A DNA stretch of 64,000 nucleotides from Candidatus Latescibacterota bacterium (GCA_965222075.1 OZ244937.1:512001-576000); one strand, 5' to 3'; positions 31,295 through 42,073 are shown, numbered from the stretch's first letter. The notes: a model not told the origin generated them from the sequence alone. A program made the numbers and translations.

Positions 31295-31942
31295 CTACGC
31301 CTTGTAATATTCCACCGTGTTGCCCGCCAGGTCCCAGACCCGGTTCACCAGGGCCTGCCGCCGGGTCTTGTCCATCGTTTTGAACGAACGGGCCAGTTCG
31401 ATCTTTTCCGCCATCTGCTTCCGGTTATCCGGTCCTGTAATCAGCACGCTCACCGGCAGCGACCAGACAAAGTGGATCGCTTCGGCCACACTCACCCGGT
31501 TCGGAATCAGAGCCGGTTTCACCTCCTGCTCGTCCTTTTGGTCTGTGCCGAAGAACCTGCCGTTCGACAGGGTTTTCATTGCCAGTACGCCGATGTTGCG
31601 TTCGGTCAGGGTCGGCAGGACCCGTTCGATGAAGCTTTCATAGGAGGGGTCCAGCAGGTTGACGGGCATCTGGCAGGTCTCGAAAATATCCGTTTTTTCC
31701 AGCACGCGCTCGATGACGGCCTGTGCTTCGGTTTCGCTCATCTTCCCACCGATATGCCATCCGCCAATGCCCAACATGGTGACCTTTTCACCCGTGCGTC
31801 CCAGCATCCGCCGGGGCAGCAGCTCTCCCAGGCGGTCGCTCGGGCTGCATCCTGATAAAGCAAAAGGCGCTGCGGGCACCATCAAGCTTGCCGTTACCCC
31901 TGCCAGCGACTTCAAGAATTCACGACGTTCCATCCGTTCCAT
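31295..31942 (-). pseudogene. Tat-exported aldo/keto reductase with a large internal in-frame deletion
   Basis: RREFLK Tat motif, RMLGRTGEKV..LGIGG; jumps directly to the QMPVN/AMK region, so the catalytic D/Y/K segment is absent (215 aa). Confidence 0.65.
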
Positions 31943-31974
31943 GTCCGGTGTTCCTTTTTTGTTTACGATCGGCC

Positions 31975-33846
31975 CTATTTGAACGCCGCATCCACGGCCA
32001 GGGTTTGTTCCCCCCGGGAGACGACCAGACGGCCGTTTTCGCGCCGGAGGGTGAGGTCGTCTGTATCGGTACCGATGCCGAAGGCAACCGCGTACGTGGA
32101 CCTGCCCGGTTGCAGGTCGGTTTCGATTTTGAGGTAGGGGACCTCCAGGCTTTCCGGGTCGGCTTGGCCGGGTTTCAGGTTGGCGTGTTTTGCCAGGACA
32201 AAGGCGGCATCTTCGGGCAGGAGGAGCCGGAGGGCGATCCGGGCGCTGTTGTTTGAGATGGAGGCGGCGCGGGCATCGAGGTCACATCCGCCGGCGAAGT
32301 GGATGCGGGATTCCAGGTGCGTGGGTTCGGTGACTTCGATTTCGTCGAGGATAACGAAGCAGTCGGGACGCAGGTAGAGGTAGTGGCGAACGAAGGTGGT
32401 GAGTTTGTCAAGCCCGTAGGCAGGGGCGATGGATGCGCGGAGGTAGTCGTGTGTGCCGGTGAATTGGGTTTCTTCGACGGTGCCCAGCCGCCGCCTGTCG
32501 CGGGGCTGGCCGATGCCGTCGAAGAGGGGGAGGTTGTGGCCGTGGGTGTCTTTGAAGACGGCTTCACCGGGGTCTCCGTAGCGGCCGATGCCCAGTTCAC
32601 GGATGACGGTTTTGCCGTGGGTGTGAACAATGTAGTTGCCCACGTCGGCGTGGCCGTGGGGTTCAACGGTGGCGCCGATTTTGAGGGCGAGGACCGTGGC
32701 GTTTGGGTCCTGCCAGGAGGAACGCATGATGCACCAGCCGGCGTCGGGGAAATATCTGGAGGGGTGGGGCGGGTCGGGCAGACGGGGATGGACACCGGAG
32801 GCGTCCCAGAAGAGTTCGGGGAGGTTGAGGGAGGGCGCGCGGTCCGTGGTGAGCCGGTCGAAATAGCTGGCGGCGGCGTGGTTGTGTTCGACCGCGAATT
32901 TGCGGTAGGCCATGCCGCCGGGGAATTGGGCGCCGCAGTCGGCAAAGTTGACCACACGGTCGGGCGGGAGGTAGCAGTTGATGGGGAAGTCCACAGTGGT
33001 GTTGAGCCTGGGGTGGGCGAAGAGGTCAACCGAGCCGCCGGTGAGGCGTTTGAGGGCGTCGGAAAAGGGCATGGAGGTGCTGACGCCGTAGTTCCAGTAG
33101 CCGGGGCCTTCTTTCCAGGAGCCGTCGTCTTCGATGGCGTCGAAGAATTTTGTAAGGCGTTGGGCGGATTCCCGGATGATGCCCACCATTTTCTCGCGCG
33201 GGGCAATGTCCGTGCGCAGGTGGATGTACCCGGCGTCCAGCATGGCGATTGCGGTGAGGCCCATGTTGGAGACGCAGACCGAGCACCAGTTGCTTTTGTA
33301 ATTGCTCGCCCAACCGAACCGGTCCATGCCGTCTATACAGAGGCCCAGCCCACGGGCGTAGACCATATATTCCAGTTCCCGGCGCTGGTTTTCCGTGAGG
33401 GCGTCGTAGAGCAGGTCATAGACGGCCGCGAACGTGGCGTTGGTGTGGCTGCTGTCCAGGTCCAGGAGCATGAATTCGTGTACGGGGTGGACCCAGGAGG
33501 GCCAGTTCATGATAGAGCTGAGCCCTTCCCAGGTTTTGTCCAGGTAGGCCGGATTGCCGTCGATGAGATAAGCAAAGGCGTAGTCTCCGACCCGGGAGCG
33601 GGCCTCGCCCGAGAGGCGGCTGTATTCCTCCCAGATGCCGTTACGGTAGCTCTGCTCGCGCGGAGGCGGGACGGGGAAGGGGCTGTGGAGCTGTTCGTCC
33701 AGGTGCCGGCGTTTCTGACGGTAGACCTCTGCGTGCGACCCGTTCAGGCAGATCTCCCGCACGCGGTGGAGGTCCGATCTGGCGAAGAAGACGTAGGGGT
33801 GTCTCAGGTCTTTGGGGATGTGCTGCGCGATGTCGGGGAACGGCAT
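31975..33846 (-). CDS. Heparinase II/III family polysaccharide lyase-like protein
   Basis: SNW, DGSWKEGPGYWNY, NFAD, HGHAD, HN motifs. Confidence 0.85.
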   Translation of the reverse strand: MPFPDIAQHIPKDLRHPYVFFARSDLHRVREICLNGSHAEVYRQKRRHLDEQLHSPFPVPPPREQSYRNGIWEEYSRLSGEARSRVGDYAFAYLIDGNPAYLDKTWEGLSSIMNWPSWVHPVHEFMLLDLDSSHTNATFAAVYDLLYDALTENQRRELEYMVYARGLGLCIDGMDRFGWASNYKSNWCSVCVSNMGLTAIAMLDAGYIHLRTDIAPREKMVGIIRESAQRLTKFFDAIEDDGSWKEGPGYWNYGVSTSMPFSDALKRLTGGSVDLFAHPRLNTTVDFPINCYLPPDRVVNFADCGAQFPGGMAYRKFAVEHNHAAASYFDRLTTDRAPSLNLPELFWDASGVHPRLPDPPHPSRYFPDAGWCIMRSSWQDPNATVLALKIGATVEPHGHADVGNYIVHTHGKTVIRELGIGRYGDPGEAVFKDTHGHNLPLFDGIGQPRDRRRLGTVEETQFTGTHDYLRASIAPAYGLDKLTTFVRHYLYLRPDCFVILDEIEVTEPTHLESRIHFAGGCDLDARAASISNNSARIALRLLLPEDAAFVLAKHANLKPGQADPESLEVPYLKIETDLQPGRSTYAVAFGIGTDTDDLTLRRENGRLVVSRGEQTLAVDAAFK

Positions 33847-33892
33847 AGTGACCTCCGGTTGCGTTTAAAGGTTCATCAGCGCTTTCTCTTTT

Positions 33893-34270
33893 TCAGTGAG
33901 ACGCAGGCGCAAAAAACTCAGCGTCGCTGCCATCTTCGAAGTAGAGCTGTAAATGTTTGGCGTTCAGCCTGAAAAGCCGCAACGATTGGCAGAGTCTGTC
34001 TGCCGTGCTCTGGTGGGAAGAGGCCCTGGCCCAGCGATTCTTTCTACTTGTGTGTTCAAATTCCAGATAGCTGCCGTCCTCAAAGAAGAGGACAGCGTGA
34101 TTAAAATCCGCGTTGACGACATAGCGCGCAGCCTGTGTATGGGCCGTTTTAGCCAGGGTGTCCATTTTTTTCTGCGTTTGGTGACCAGTCCCGCAGGCCC
34201 TGCAGCCGACTTCGAATTTCACTTCGCAGGATCGCTTCGGATTCCGCTTAAATTTCGCAATCGAGGCCAT
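33893..34270 (-). CDS. Hypothetical protein
   Basis: Open frame with plausible composition; start uncertain. Confidence 0.45.
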   Translation of the reverse strand: MASIAKFKRNPKRSCEVKFEVGCRACGTGHQTQKKMDTLAKTAHTQAARYVVNADFNHAVLFFEDGSYLEFEHTSRKNRWARASSHQSTADRLCQSLRLFRLNAKHLQLYFEDGSDAEFFAPASH

Positions 34271-34314
34271 AGATGTCAAGTTCAAAGCGACCGTGTGCGC
34301 ACCGCCGATTTTGT

Positions 34315-34343
34315 TTGACAAGCCGGAAGAATAATTGTATCTT
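34315..34343 (+). promoter_or_regulatory. sigma70-type promoter
   Basis: TTGACA-17 bp-TATCTT. Confidence 0.55.
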
Positions 34344-34575
34344 AAAAACCGTGTAAATAGTTGTTAGTCAATATGATGAGATAGGCCGTCCAACATCATC
34401 GCAGGTGTAGATTGCATACCGTGGCGGGAAAGTGGAGGGAAATTCGGATGGTGCGGGGCGACTTTTATGCGGAGAACAAGGTGGGTGGTGCTCGTCCCGG
34501 CATTTTGCGCCTTCCTCGCAGGACCACATCGGCTTTCGGTGTGCTAAACCGGACCCGGAATCGTAAGAGGGCGAG

Positions 34576-34983
34576 ATGAAAATGGGGAAGAAACGTCTGG
34601 CTGTTGTGGGAGATCGGGTGCTGGTCAAGCAGGAGAACCTTGAGGAGCGGACGGAGGTGGGGCTGTATCTGCCGCAGACGGTCGTTGAAAAGGAGGAGGT
34701 GCAGGGAGGGAGGGTTGTCCTGATCGGCCCTGGAATTCCGCTTCCTCAGCCACAGGATGTGGACGATGAACCCTGGCGGAATGTGCCCAGCGAACCCCGA
34801 TATCTTCCCATGCAGGCAGAGGTGGGGGATTATGCGTTGTTCCTGAAGAAGGCCGCAGTGGAGATCAAGTTTGAAGGGGAAAAGTACCTTATTGTCCCTC
34901 ATAACTCTATCCTCGTCCTGATCGGGGAAGAGCCGGACGTTTTGAAGGATCTTGAAGATCCGGAAGATCCGGAGGGCATTTAG
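34576..34983 (+). CDS. Co-chaperonin GroES-family protein (no adjacent groEL)
   Basis: GDRVLV, GLYLP, G.VV..GPG, VGD, EGEKYLIV. Confidence 0.85.
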   Translation: MKMGKKRLAVVGDRVLVKQENLEERTEVGLYLPQTVVEKEEVQGGRVVLIGPGIPLPQPQDVDDEPWRNVPSEPRYLPMQAEVGDYALFLKKAAVEIKFEGEKYLIVPHNSILVLIGEEPDVLKDLEDPEDPEGI

Positions 34984-35124
34984 TCAGAGGGGCAGGCCCT
35001 TCGGGCGTCTGGCCGGTTCGCCTGGTTTCACCCTTCCCCCTCCAGGATGTGTTGGTTTTTGTTGATGTTAGGCGAGGAAGCGTTTAAAATAATGCAACGA
35101 ACCGAACACCAATAAGGATAAGGT

Positions 35125-35340
35125 ATGTCTGAAGAAACCCAGAATATCACGTTGACCAAGGGTACATTGGTGATGTGTCGGGTGGGGAAAAGGACAAAGG
35201 TCGGTCCCTGTCGCGTTATCTTTGTGGGGGCGGACTATGTGGCGGTTGAAGACCCGGATCGGAACCTCTGGCAGATTGATCTGGATCGGGTGGAACGCGC
35301 GGATGACCAGTTGAGCCACCTGCTTAACTCGCAGGCGTAA
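35125..35340 (+). CDS. Small hypothetical protein
   Basis: AAGG RBS, 71 aa beta-rich ORF. Confidence 0.5.
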   Translation: MSEETQNITLTKGTLVMCRVGKRTKVGPCRVIFVGADYVAVEDPDRNLWQIDLDRVERADDQLSHLLNSQA

Positions 35341-35562
35341 AAAAGGCCGGGTTGGCATTCAAGACCTTTGAGCCGTAGAGGCCAGGGTATTGATCAAGTG
35401 AACTATCCCGTCCTGACGGGTAGGGTCTCCTGGCTTGTTGGCTCAACGCCTGAACTACCTCCTCCGGCGTCGCATCTATACTCACATCCTCCTCCAACGC
35501 TGCCTTCTTCGGCTGATACCGGCTGTCAATCACCTTACCTCTACGTGCCATGACTGGCCTCC

Positions 35563-35829
35563 TTATCTCCTTTTCTTATAGGCCCCCTGCCGATGACGAA
35601 CATCTATTATATGCACATCCTGACCTTGTTTCACATAAAAGATCCTGTAATCACCAGAATAAATACGATACATAGGATCATCAGCCGGTCTGCCTTGTAC
35701 CTTCCTGGAACCTCTCGGATTGGGATTGGCAGGCAACGCCTCAATCTTAGCTAAGACCTGACGCCCTATATTAGCAGGCAACCTTTGAAGACTTTTATCA
35801 GCTCTATCTGAAAGAATAAAGCGAGGCAT
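35563..35829 (-). CDS. RelE/ParE family toxin
   Basis: Basic 88 aa; NPNPRGSRK...YRIYSGDYRIFY...VRHRQGAYK. Confidence 0.85.
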   Translation of the reverse strand: MPRFILSDRADKSLQRLPANIGRQVLAKIEALPANPNPRGSRKVQGRPADDPMYRIYSGDYRIFYVKQGQDVHIIDVRHRQGAYKKRR

Positions 35830-36035
35830 TAACGTGCCCATTTTCTTTTCAAGGCAGCCACAGCTTCATCCGTCTCCTGAGCAGAAAGCATCTTTATCCT
35901 ACCTTCACGAAGATCCCGATAAATCTGGTCCGCCTGGGCCTGATCCCAAGCATCATCATCCATAGCCTCCTGGACAATATCGGCAGGGTCTTCACCCTCT
36001 ATGACGCGATTAATCATCTCTTCCGCCTTTCCCAT
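35829..36035 (-). CDS. Putative antitoxin
   Basis: Acidic 68 aa ORF, translationally coupled (TAATG overlap) to the RelE-like gene. Confidence 0.7.
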   Translation of the reverse strand: MGKAEEMINRVIEGEDPADIVQEAMDDDAWDQAQADQIYRDLREGRIKMLSAQETDEAVAALKRKWAR

Positions 36036-36195
36036 CTTATACCTCCTTTTAAGACAAAATCCCGCTTTATCACTTACCAGTTATCAAAAAAGAGAGAAAA
36101 AATATTACTTTGTCAAGCATAATATTACAAAAACCACTTACATGCTCCAGAAAACGCCTTATATTGCCACTGTCAATTATCAGGCAGAACCCGTA

Positions 36196-36466
36196 TGTTG
36201 GGTAGCCTGCTGAATACAATAGCCGAGATATTGTCAAGTAGTAGTAGATGAGAAGCCCGTGCCGGGACATCCCGTTCAGGTGGATGTGAAATTTTTCACG
36301 TTCTCCGGGAAGATCAGGCGATATCCAGTGACGACCATCGACGAGGCCACCCGTGTTCGAGTCCTGAACATGCGGTCCGCGGCATACCCGGAAAAACGCC
36401 TTTTGAAGGTGCTCAGAGAAAAGCGAACTTGAACCCAAGACGGTCAGGCCAAGTTTTCCCAGGTAC
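36196..36466 (+). mobile_element. IS481-like transposase remnant, internally deleted
   Basis: KPVPGHPVQVDVKF...TIDEATRVRVL joined to a C-terminal GKTPFEVLREK; TGT...ACA ends. Confidence 0.55.
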
Positions 36467-36568
36467 ACCTGAAGCCATCCATTCTTACCTCAAGCTCGGC
36501 TATCGCCTTTTCGTTCAACTCCACCAGTCGGCCCCAATCGACCGGTCCCTGCCGCTTGAGCCGCAGTC

Positions 36569-37250
36569 TTATTTGTTCGGTTCGCTACAAGCCGCATACC
36601 TGCATATCTCGGAAGTGTCTGGATTTGCTACGTTTCGTCCGTCCACCCACCGCCTGGCCGACTTCGACCCCGCACGCGCCTGCCTGCGCGGCGCACCGCG
36701 CTGCAGGCAGGCCGCATACTGCCATTCGGCCGCACTCGGCAAGCGATGAGAGGAGCCCGTCTCCTTCGACAGCCACTCCGCGTATGCCATGGCGTCGCCA
36801 ACACTCACGCAGACCACAGGGTGTTTGTCTGTTTGACCATATCCCGGACGTTTCCACGTTAGTCCAGACTTTTTCCGATAATAAGAGGTCTCAGGCGCCT
36901 GGCAACCATATTTAGGTTTGCGCTCCGCTTCGGTGTTATAGCGAGTCGCCTTGACGAACCTGCCGAACTCCGCTCTGGTCACTTCATACCTGGATATTGC
37001 GAAAGGCCCATGTTCACCCATTCGTAAGGCTCTACTCCCTCGTAGAGAAAACGACCGCTGGGAATCTTCACCATCTCAGGTCCCAGCCCGCCCGATTTCA
37101 GACGATCCCGCGGAACGACTGTTTTTGCCGCTTCAACTTGCCGCATCTCCAGGGCTTCCGTGTAATGCGCGCCCTCCTGTCCTGTCACCTTCAGATAGCT
37201 GTATATACGTTCTACAACGGCGCCGTACCCCGTTTCTTTCTGTCCATTCT
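36569..37250 (-). pseudogene. FGE-sulfatase (SUMF1/CLec-fold) domain gene fragment
   Basis: GPEMVKIPSGRF, FAISRYEVT, HPVVCVS, RLPSAAEWQYAA; frameshifted and truncated before the RGGSW region. Confidence 0.75.
36679..36711. repeat. 33-bp CCTGCCTG...CAGGCAGG element inserted in frame into the EWxYAARAG motif
   Basis: Protein reads EWQYAA[CLQRGAPRRQA]RAGS; paralogs in the window read EWEYVARAG and EWEYALRAG. Confidence 0.85.
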
Positions 37251-37255
37251 CCAAA

Positions 37256-37630
37256 TCACGATCCGCCTCTCGCATTAACAGGGTTGAAGTCGATTTTGAC
37301 GTCGGCCGTGGAACGCAGGATCGCATTGAACAAAAATCTGTTCATTTCATGAGCACCGCAGGACAAGAAAGCGGATTCAATAGTCTCGGGTTTGTTCTTA
37401 CCCAAGAGATAACTTTGTTCGACCACAAGATCAACCTCAACGCCGCGGAGACGCGCATCGATGATTGCCTCGGCGATCTCTCGATTGTCGATCTCCTGGA
37501 CGGCTATCATCAAATTTTGTCGTCTCTTCGCCTGCTTGATGAATGTGACAATTGGCTTGATAAGTGAATCGGGGGCAAACTGTTCCTTCGGCCCCATATA
37601 CAGATCTATATTGTCAACCGATATCGGCAT
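37256..37630 (-). pseudogene. Phospholipase D-like N-terminal fragment
   Basis: LMIAVQEIDNREIAEAIIDARLRGVEVDLVVE; truncated before the HKD motif. Confidence 0.55.
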
Positions 37631-37842
37631 GTCGAATCCTCCCAGTTTGCAACATATAGATTATCATCATGTCTGGATTTCATCCCAAAAGTAGAATGGG
37701 ACGCACTTTCGTTCAGCGGTGACTCCATTCTGTCGCCTAGTGGTCGATTTCGCAAGTTCGTATGAGTTTCTGTGGATTCCTTCTGAGTGATTCCGTGTGA
37801 TTCTGCGACGTTTTTCCTCATGTGGACTTCTGAAACTGACCA

Positions 37843-39102
37843 CTAGTTGCCCTGCGGGTTGGCAGACTGCCCGAACAGGACGAGCGGCGCACCCACAGCG
37901 GTCTGGATACCCCGGTAATAGTCCACTGGTAGTTCAGGCGCAGCACCCAGATTGACCGAAACCGGATTGACCCCACTCTGGGTCACCACTACGGCTTCGC
38001 TCGCGGTGTGACCCGATGAAATCGTAGCCGTAGTGTCCGACAGGGTTCCACCCTGTGCCGACAGATTGACGGTCATGTCGAACGGCGCACCCTCGGCAAG
38101 TTTGACCACTACGGTGGCAGGACCCGGCGCAGTATTGTCTGTGTTGTCTGTGCGTTCCAGCTCTATTGTCAATGTAAAGGGAGATCCAGGGTTATCTTCA
38201 AGCCATAGCGCTTCCAGTCTGTACAGGCCTGCGAACATATCCTCAGGCAGTGCGCTCAAAGCGTTGCCGGTAAGCGATATCTCCGACAGCCTGTCCAGGC
38301 CGGAGAACCCCTCAGACAGCGTACTCAAAGAGTTATTGTCAAGATATAGGGAATGCAAACTGGACAGGCTGGAGAACCCCTCAGGCAGTGCGCTTAAAGC
38401 GTTATTGCTAAGATATAGGGAATGCAAACTGGACAGGCCGGAGAACACCCCCTCGGGCAGTGCGCTCAAAGCGTTGTGGTTAAGAAATAGTCTTTGCAGC
38501 CTGGACAGGTCTGAAAACACCCCCTCGGGCAGCGTGCTCAGACCGTTTCTGGAAAGCGACAGATCTTCCAGACTGGACAGGCCGGAGAACACCCCCTCAG
38601 GCAATGCGCTCAAAGCGTTGTGGTTAAAATCCAGGAGACGCAGACTGGACAGGCCGGAGAAATCGTCTCCCTGCAAGGCAGTGATCCCATGACTACCAAG
38701 ATTCAAGCTCGTGATCGAGGATAGGTGCGCCTCCGTGACTAGGGCGCAGTCGTCCACAACAGGAGGTAGCGCGGCCAAGATGGCACCGCAGACCTGTGGG
38801 GTCCGGTTGCAAATCCCCGTCGTGCTGACGTTCAGCGCTTTGCCAAAGTTTCTGGCAAAGATCAAAAAATCGGCAAACCCAATAGCGCCATCTACATCCA
38901 GGTCGTATTTTGCTTCATACTTCCCATCGCCCTGACTTGCACCGAACTGTTCTACAAATAGCACAAAGTCGGAAAATCCAACCATACCATCGCCATTGAA
39001 GTCGGGAGTAGGGGCTGATTGGACCTCCGTGCTGGGCCAAAGCGCCAAGCTCTCAAAAAGAGCGATTGATAGGATTGCGCAGGTCAAGATCAGCCTACGC
39101 AT
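37843..39102 (-). CDS. Secreted dockerin/EF-hand-like plus leucine-rich repeat protein
   Basis: Signal peptide, PDFNGDGMVGFSDF/YDLDVDGAIGFADF pair, about 8 LRRs of 23-24 aa (LxxNxLSALPEGVFSGLSSL). Confidence 0.9.
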   Translation of the reverse strand: MRRLILTCAILSIALFESLALWPSTEVQSAPTPDFNGDGMVGFSDFVLFVEQFGASQGDGKYEAKYDLDVDGAIGFADFLIFARNFGKALNVSTTGICNRTPQVCGAILAALPPVVDDCALVTEAHLSSITSLNLGSHGITALQGDDFSGLSSLRLLDFNHNALSALPEGVFSGLSSLEDLSLSRNGLSTLPEGVFSDLSRLQRLFLNHNALSALPEGVFSGLSSLHSLYLSNNALSALPEGFSSLSSLHSLYLDNNSLSTLSEGFSGLDRLSEISLTGNALSALPEDMFAGLYRLEALWLEDNPGSPFTLTIELERTDNTDNTAPGPATVVVKLAEGAPFDMTVNLSAQGGTLSDTTATISSGHTASEAVVVTQSGVNPVSVNLGAAPELPVDYYRGIQTAVGAPLVLFGQSANPQGN

Positions 39103-39485
39103 GGTTTCCTCACTTCCGAATTAAGGACAGAACGCTGACCGCCACATCTGCCAGCCGTGATAGAAACGCGTACGTTCACAAAGTCCATCTCGTCTTTCAA
39201 TAATTGCGCCATTCGGATGCTGTTTTGACACGTACCGCCAATAATAGGCGTGTTTTTCTGAAGCTTAGAAAGAAGCTGTGTGCACGTTCGGGTAACTCCA
39301 GAACGGTCAGATTCAGGGCTCCTGGAATATGGCTACCGATATATGACCTTCGCATATTCGTACGCGCGAATCGATGAATACGACAGCCTTTGAATCGACT
39401 CCCCGTTTGGCTTCCGCCAAATGCTGATTCTGTCTTCCACTGATCAGAACGGCACAACCGCACACTCCTGGAGCGAGGCTTAATC

Positions 39486-40148
39486 TTATTTGAGCATGAG
39501 CATCCGTTGCATACGGCGGAATTCCCCGACTTGCATTTCATACAGATAGATACCACTCGATACAGCCTGTCCAAGCGCATCACGTCCATCCCACACCACG
39601 CGATGCGCGCCAGCCACCATCAGTTCTCCCGAGACAAGGCGACGCACTTCCTGCCCCAGCACATTGTAGATGACCAGGTCCACCGGACCGGCCTGCGCAA
39701 GGGTAAACGCAATCGTCGTTGAGGGGTTGAACGGATTGGGGGCATTCTGCTCCAGGCTGTTTTCCAGCTGTGAAGCAGGCTTGCTCGCCTGTGTCGTCCC
39801 ATGCCCATTGGTCGCGATGCGATCCACCACGAGATTGTCGTCGGCAAGCGATAGATCATACAGAGACACAGGCAAGGCACCTGTGATCTCACTCCGTTTT
39901 TGAAATACAACCTGAGTCAGTGTGCCACTGCCCTTCGCGGCAGAGTAATCGCTTTTGAGCGCGGAGACCACCCGGAGCCGCCCATCTGCATCCTTGACAA
40001 GGCCTAATGCCGCATCTGCACCCTGCTGCTTCAGCAGTTCATTTTGTTGGGTGGATATTCCAGCATATTCGAGCACACGGGGATCATAATGTAGCACCAT
40101 CTCATATCCTATTAGCCCTGATGCTGCACTCACACTGGCATTTGCCAC
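39486..40148 (-). CDS. Cohesin-like plus FlgD-Ig/C-terminal sorting-type domain; probably the tail of a disrupted large secreted protein
   Basis: LEQNAPNPFNPSTTIAF..IYNVLGQEVRRL..WDGRD..SSGIY. Confidence 0.75.
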   Translation of the reverse strand: MANASVSAASGLIGYEMVLHYDPRVLEYAGISTQQNELLKQQGADAALGLVKDADGRLRVVSALKSDYSAAKGSGTLTQVVFQKRSEITGALPVSLYDLSLADDNLVVDRIATNGHGTTQASKPASQLENSLEQNAPNPFNPSTTIAFTLAQAGPVDLVIYNVLGQEVRRLVSGELMVAGAHRVVWDGRDALGQAVSSGIYLYEMQVGEFRRMQRMLMLK

Positions 40149-40150
40149 AA

Positions 40151-40831
40151 TTACATGTCCTGACTTTGGTTCAAGTCATAGAGACTATTACCATAAATGA
40201 TGCGGTATCCGGTCATTTCGTTCACCTTGTTCCAATGGACTTTTACACCGTTTGAAGATGTTGGAATTGCGCTAATAATGACTGGAGGAACAATAGGGGT
40301 CCACAAAAATTGGAGTTCCGCCTGTTTAAGCTTAAATGCCCTCTGTGCATTACTTTCATCCGTGTTCTGGATACCAATAGCGAACCATCGGCTTGTGTAA
40401 GAGTCGAGGTCCCCGGCACGGTTTTTGACTGCCTCCTCAAGGGTATTGTTGGATATCGTATGCGAATCCCCCCATTGGCCATTTGTTTCGACTTCTTCAA
40501 ATATAGGTGTATCGCTCCCAATCTTACTCCATACAGTAGAGAGCGCCCCTGAATCACTACAATCTACATCAAAACCTGGATTGGTTCTCCCCTCATAAAA
40601 TCTCGCATTACATGTTGTGGAATCTCCACGGCCATCAATATGAATGGTCAAGTACACATCGGAAATTGTCTCAGCACTGATAGACGGTTGGACCACATTC
40701 AAATAAAATACGAGATGCCCGCGGCCTTGATAATGTGGAGAACTATCTTTTCCAATATCACTCGTAAAGCAGTTGGAAGCTGTTTTAAAAAGGTAGAGGC
40801 GTAAAGAAAAAAGTTGAAATTGCGTATTCAT
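40151..40831 (-). pseudogene. Low-GC fragment of a secreted protein (FN3-like start), cut by the IS5 remnant
   Basis: VKVHWNKV..TGYRIIYG; abuts the IS remnant. Confidence 0.4.
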
Positions 40832-40987
40832 CTATCCAAATTCAGGTTGTCCCAAACCACCTGAAACGAAAGGATAAAGATGAATACGCAGAGGCAATAT
40901 CCAACAAATTTGACCGAAACACAATGGCAACTTCTCCTCACGCTGCTGCCCAAACCCAAATGGCGTTTCGGCTGTCCTGGTCGCCCA

Positions 40988-41017
40988 CCTGTCTGCGTGC
41001 GGACACGCACAGGCAGG
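40988..41017. repeat. 30-bp CCTGTCTG...CAGGCAGG element
   Basis: cctgtctgcgtgcggacacgcacaggcagg, in frame in the transposase. Confidence 0.8.
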
Positions 41018-41055
41018 CCGGTCAATCTACGCCGAGTGTTCAACGGCATTCTGTA

Positions 41056-41136
41056 CCTGTCTGCCTGCTTGCCTGTCTGCGTGCAACGCACAGGCAGGCG
41101 CGCTGCGCGCAGGCAAGCGTCCCTCGGACAGGCAGG
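41056..41136. repeat. Triple-nested palindromic element (27+27+27 bp)
   Basis: cctgtctg[cctgcttg[cctgtctgcgtgcaacgcacaggcagg]cgcgctgcgcgcaggcaag]cgtccctcggacaggcagg. Confidence 0.8.
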
Positions 41137-41320
41137 TGGGTATTTCAACAGATGGAGCCAACAAGGCATCTTCCAAAAGATCCAACAGGCACTCCACAGA
41201 AGGGAGCGACGCAGTCAGGGTCGCAAGCCTACCGCTTCAGCAGGCAGTATAGACTCTCAAAGCATTAAGACAGCAACACAAGGGAAAATAAAAGGTTACG
41301 ATTCTAGCAAGAAAATCAAT

Positions 41321-41341
41321 CCTGTGCCAACGGCAGACAGG
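41321..41341. repeat. 21-bp degenerate palindromic element at the transposase deletion junction
   Basis: cctgtgccaacggcagacagg between KKIN and YIAMI. Confidence 0.65.
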
Positions 41342-41533
41342 TACATTGCGATGATTCACCTTTTGATCAAGAGACTCGCTTCCAAATCTGAATTTTAAAA
41401 CGGCTTCTCAGATTTTACCGCTACCAGGCTAAAGGAGACAAATTTTACCAACATAACCGGAATTGGTACGAATTTTGCCGCAGCAGTTGCAACCGGGGCT
41501 ACCTTTAGAGAATTTCAAGCAAGAGATTGGAAT

Positions 41534-42073
41534 TTGACTGGGTTGCGAATGAGTAGTGGCGAAATGTTGTCAGGATATATAAAAGCCAGAATGCATGGCG
41601 CAAATATGCAGGGCGTTCGGATCAAGCAGATGGAATGGAGGGTGCGCGGCTCTGCATCGGTTGGATTACGTTTGTCTTACAATATTGATTTTTCAGGATT
41701 TATCTGGGGAGTTATGAATAACACGCTGGTGGCTGTACTTGTCTACCAATTATTCCACAGTCACCCATCATGGAATAAATTCAGTAAAGTTATCGATTTT
41801 ATCCTCGGGCAGCAGTTCAGAACTATGGAACCTGGTCATATAGCCTGTTACGGTGGCCTGGTTCACTTTGTTCAGACCGAATTACCAGAGGTGGAAGATG
41901 CGTTATTAGAGGGATTTCAAAGGTATCCGGCGATGAAAATATACGAACGATATATGTTGGCAACAGTCGAACGAAAGATAAGAAATTCAGATCAAGCATT
42001 GGATTTGGAAAATTCTTCTTATGCTGACCTTTTTCCGGGTGCCATCAAGTCAATCGTCAGAAAGTGGAAATAG
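41534..42073 (+). CDS. Low-GC hypothetical protein (possibly a fragment)
   Basis: 179 aa ORF; no recognised motif. Confidence 0.35.
   Translation: MTGLRMSSGEMLSGYIKARMHGANMQGVRIKQMEWRVRGSASVGLRLSYNIDFSGFIWGVMNNTLVAVLVYQLFHSHPSWNKFSKVIDFILGQQFRTMEPGHIACYGGLVHFVQTELPEVEDALLEGFQRYPAMKIYERYMLATVERKIRNSDQALDLENSSYADLFPGAIKSIVRKWK

Larger units (their letters stand above)
40880..41410 (+). mobile_element. IS5-family transposase remnant with internal deletions and palindromic insertions
   Basis: YPTNLTETQW, GRP, RVFNGILY, YFNRW, IDSQSIKT, GYD..KKIN joined directly to the C-terminal YIAMIHLL. Confidence 0.85.

Noticed and set aside
36569-37250. Third DGR target
   Set aside because: The FGE fragment is truncated before the region that would contain a VR
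38230-38670. 69-72 bp periodic repeats as a CRISPR or noncoding array
   Set aside because: They are the leucine-rich repeats of the 37843-39102 protein
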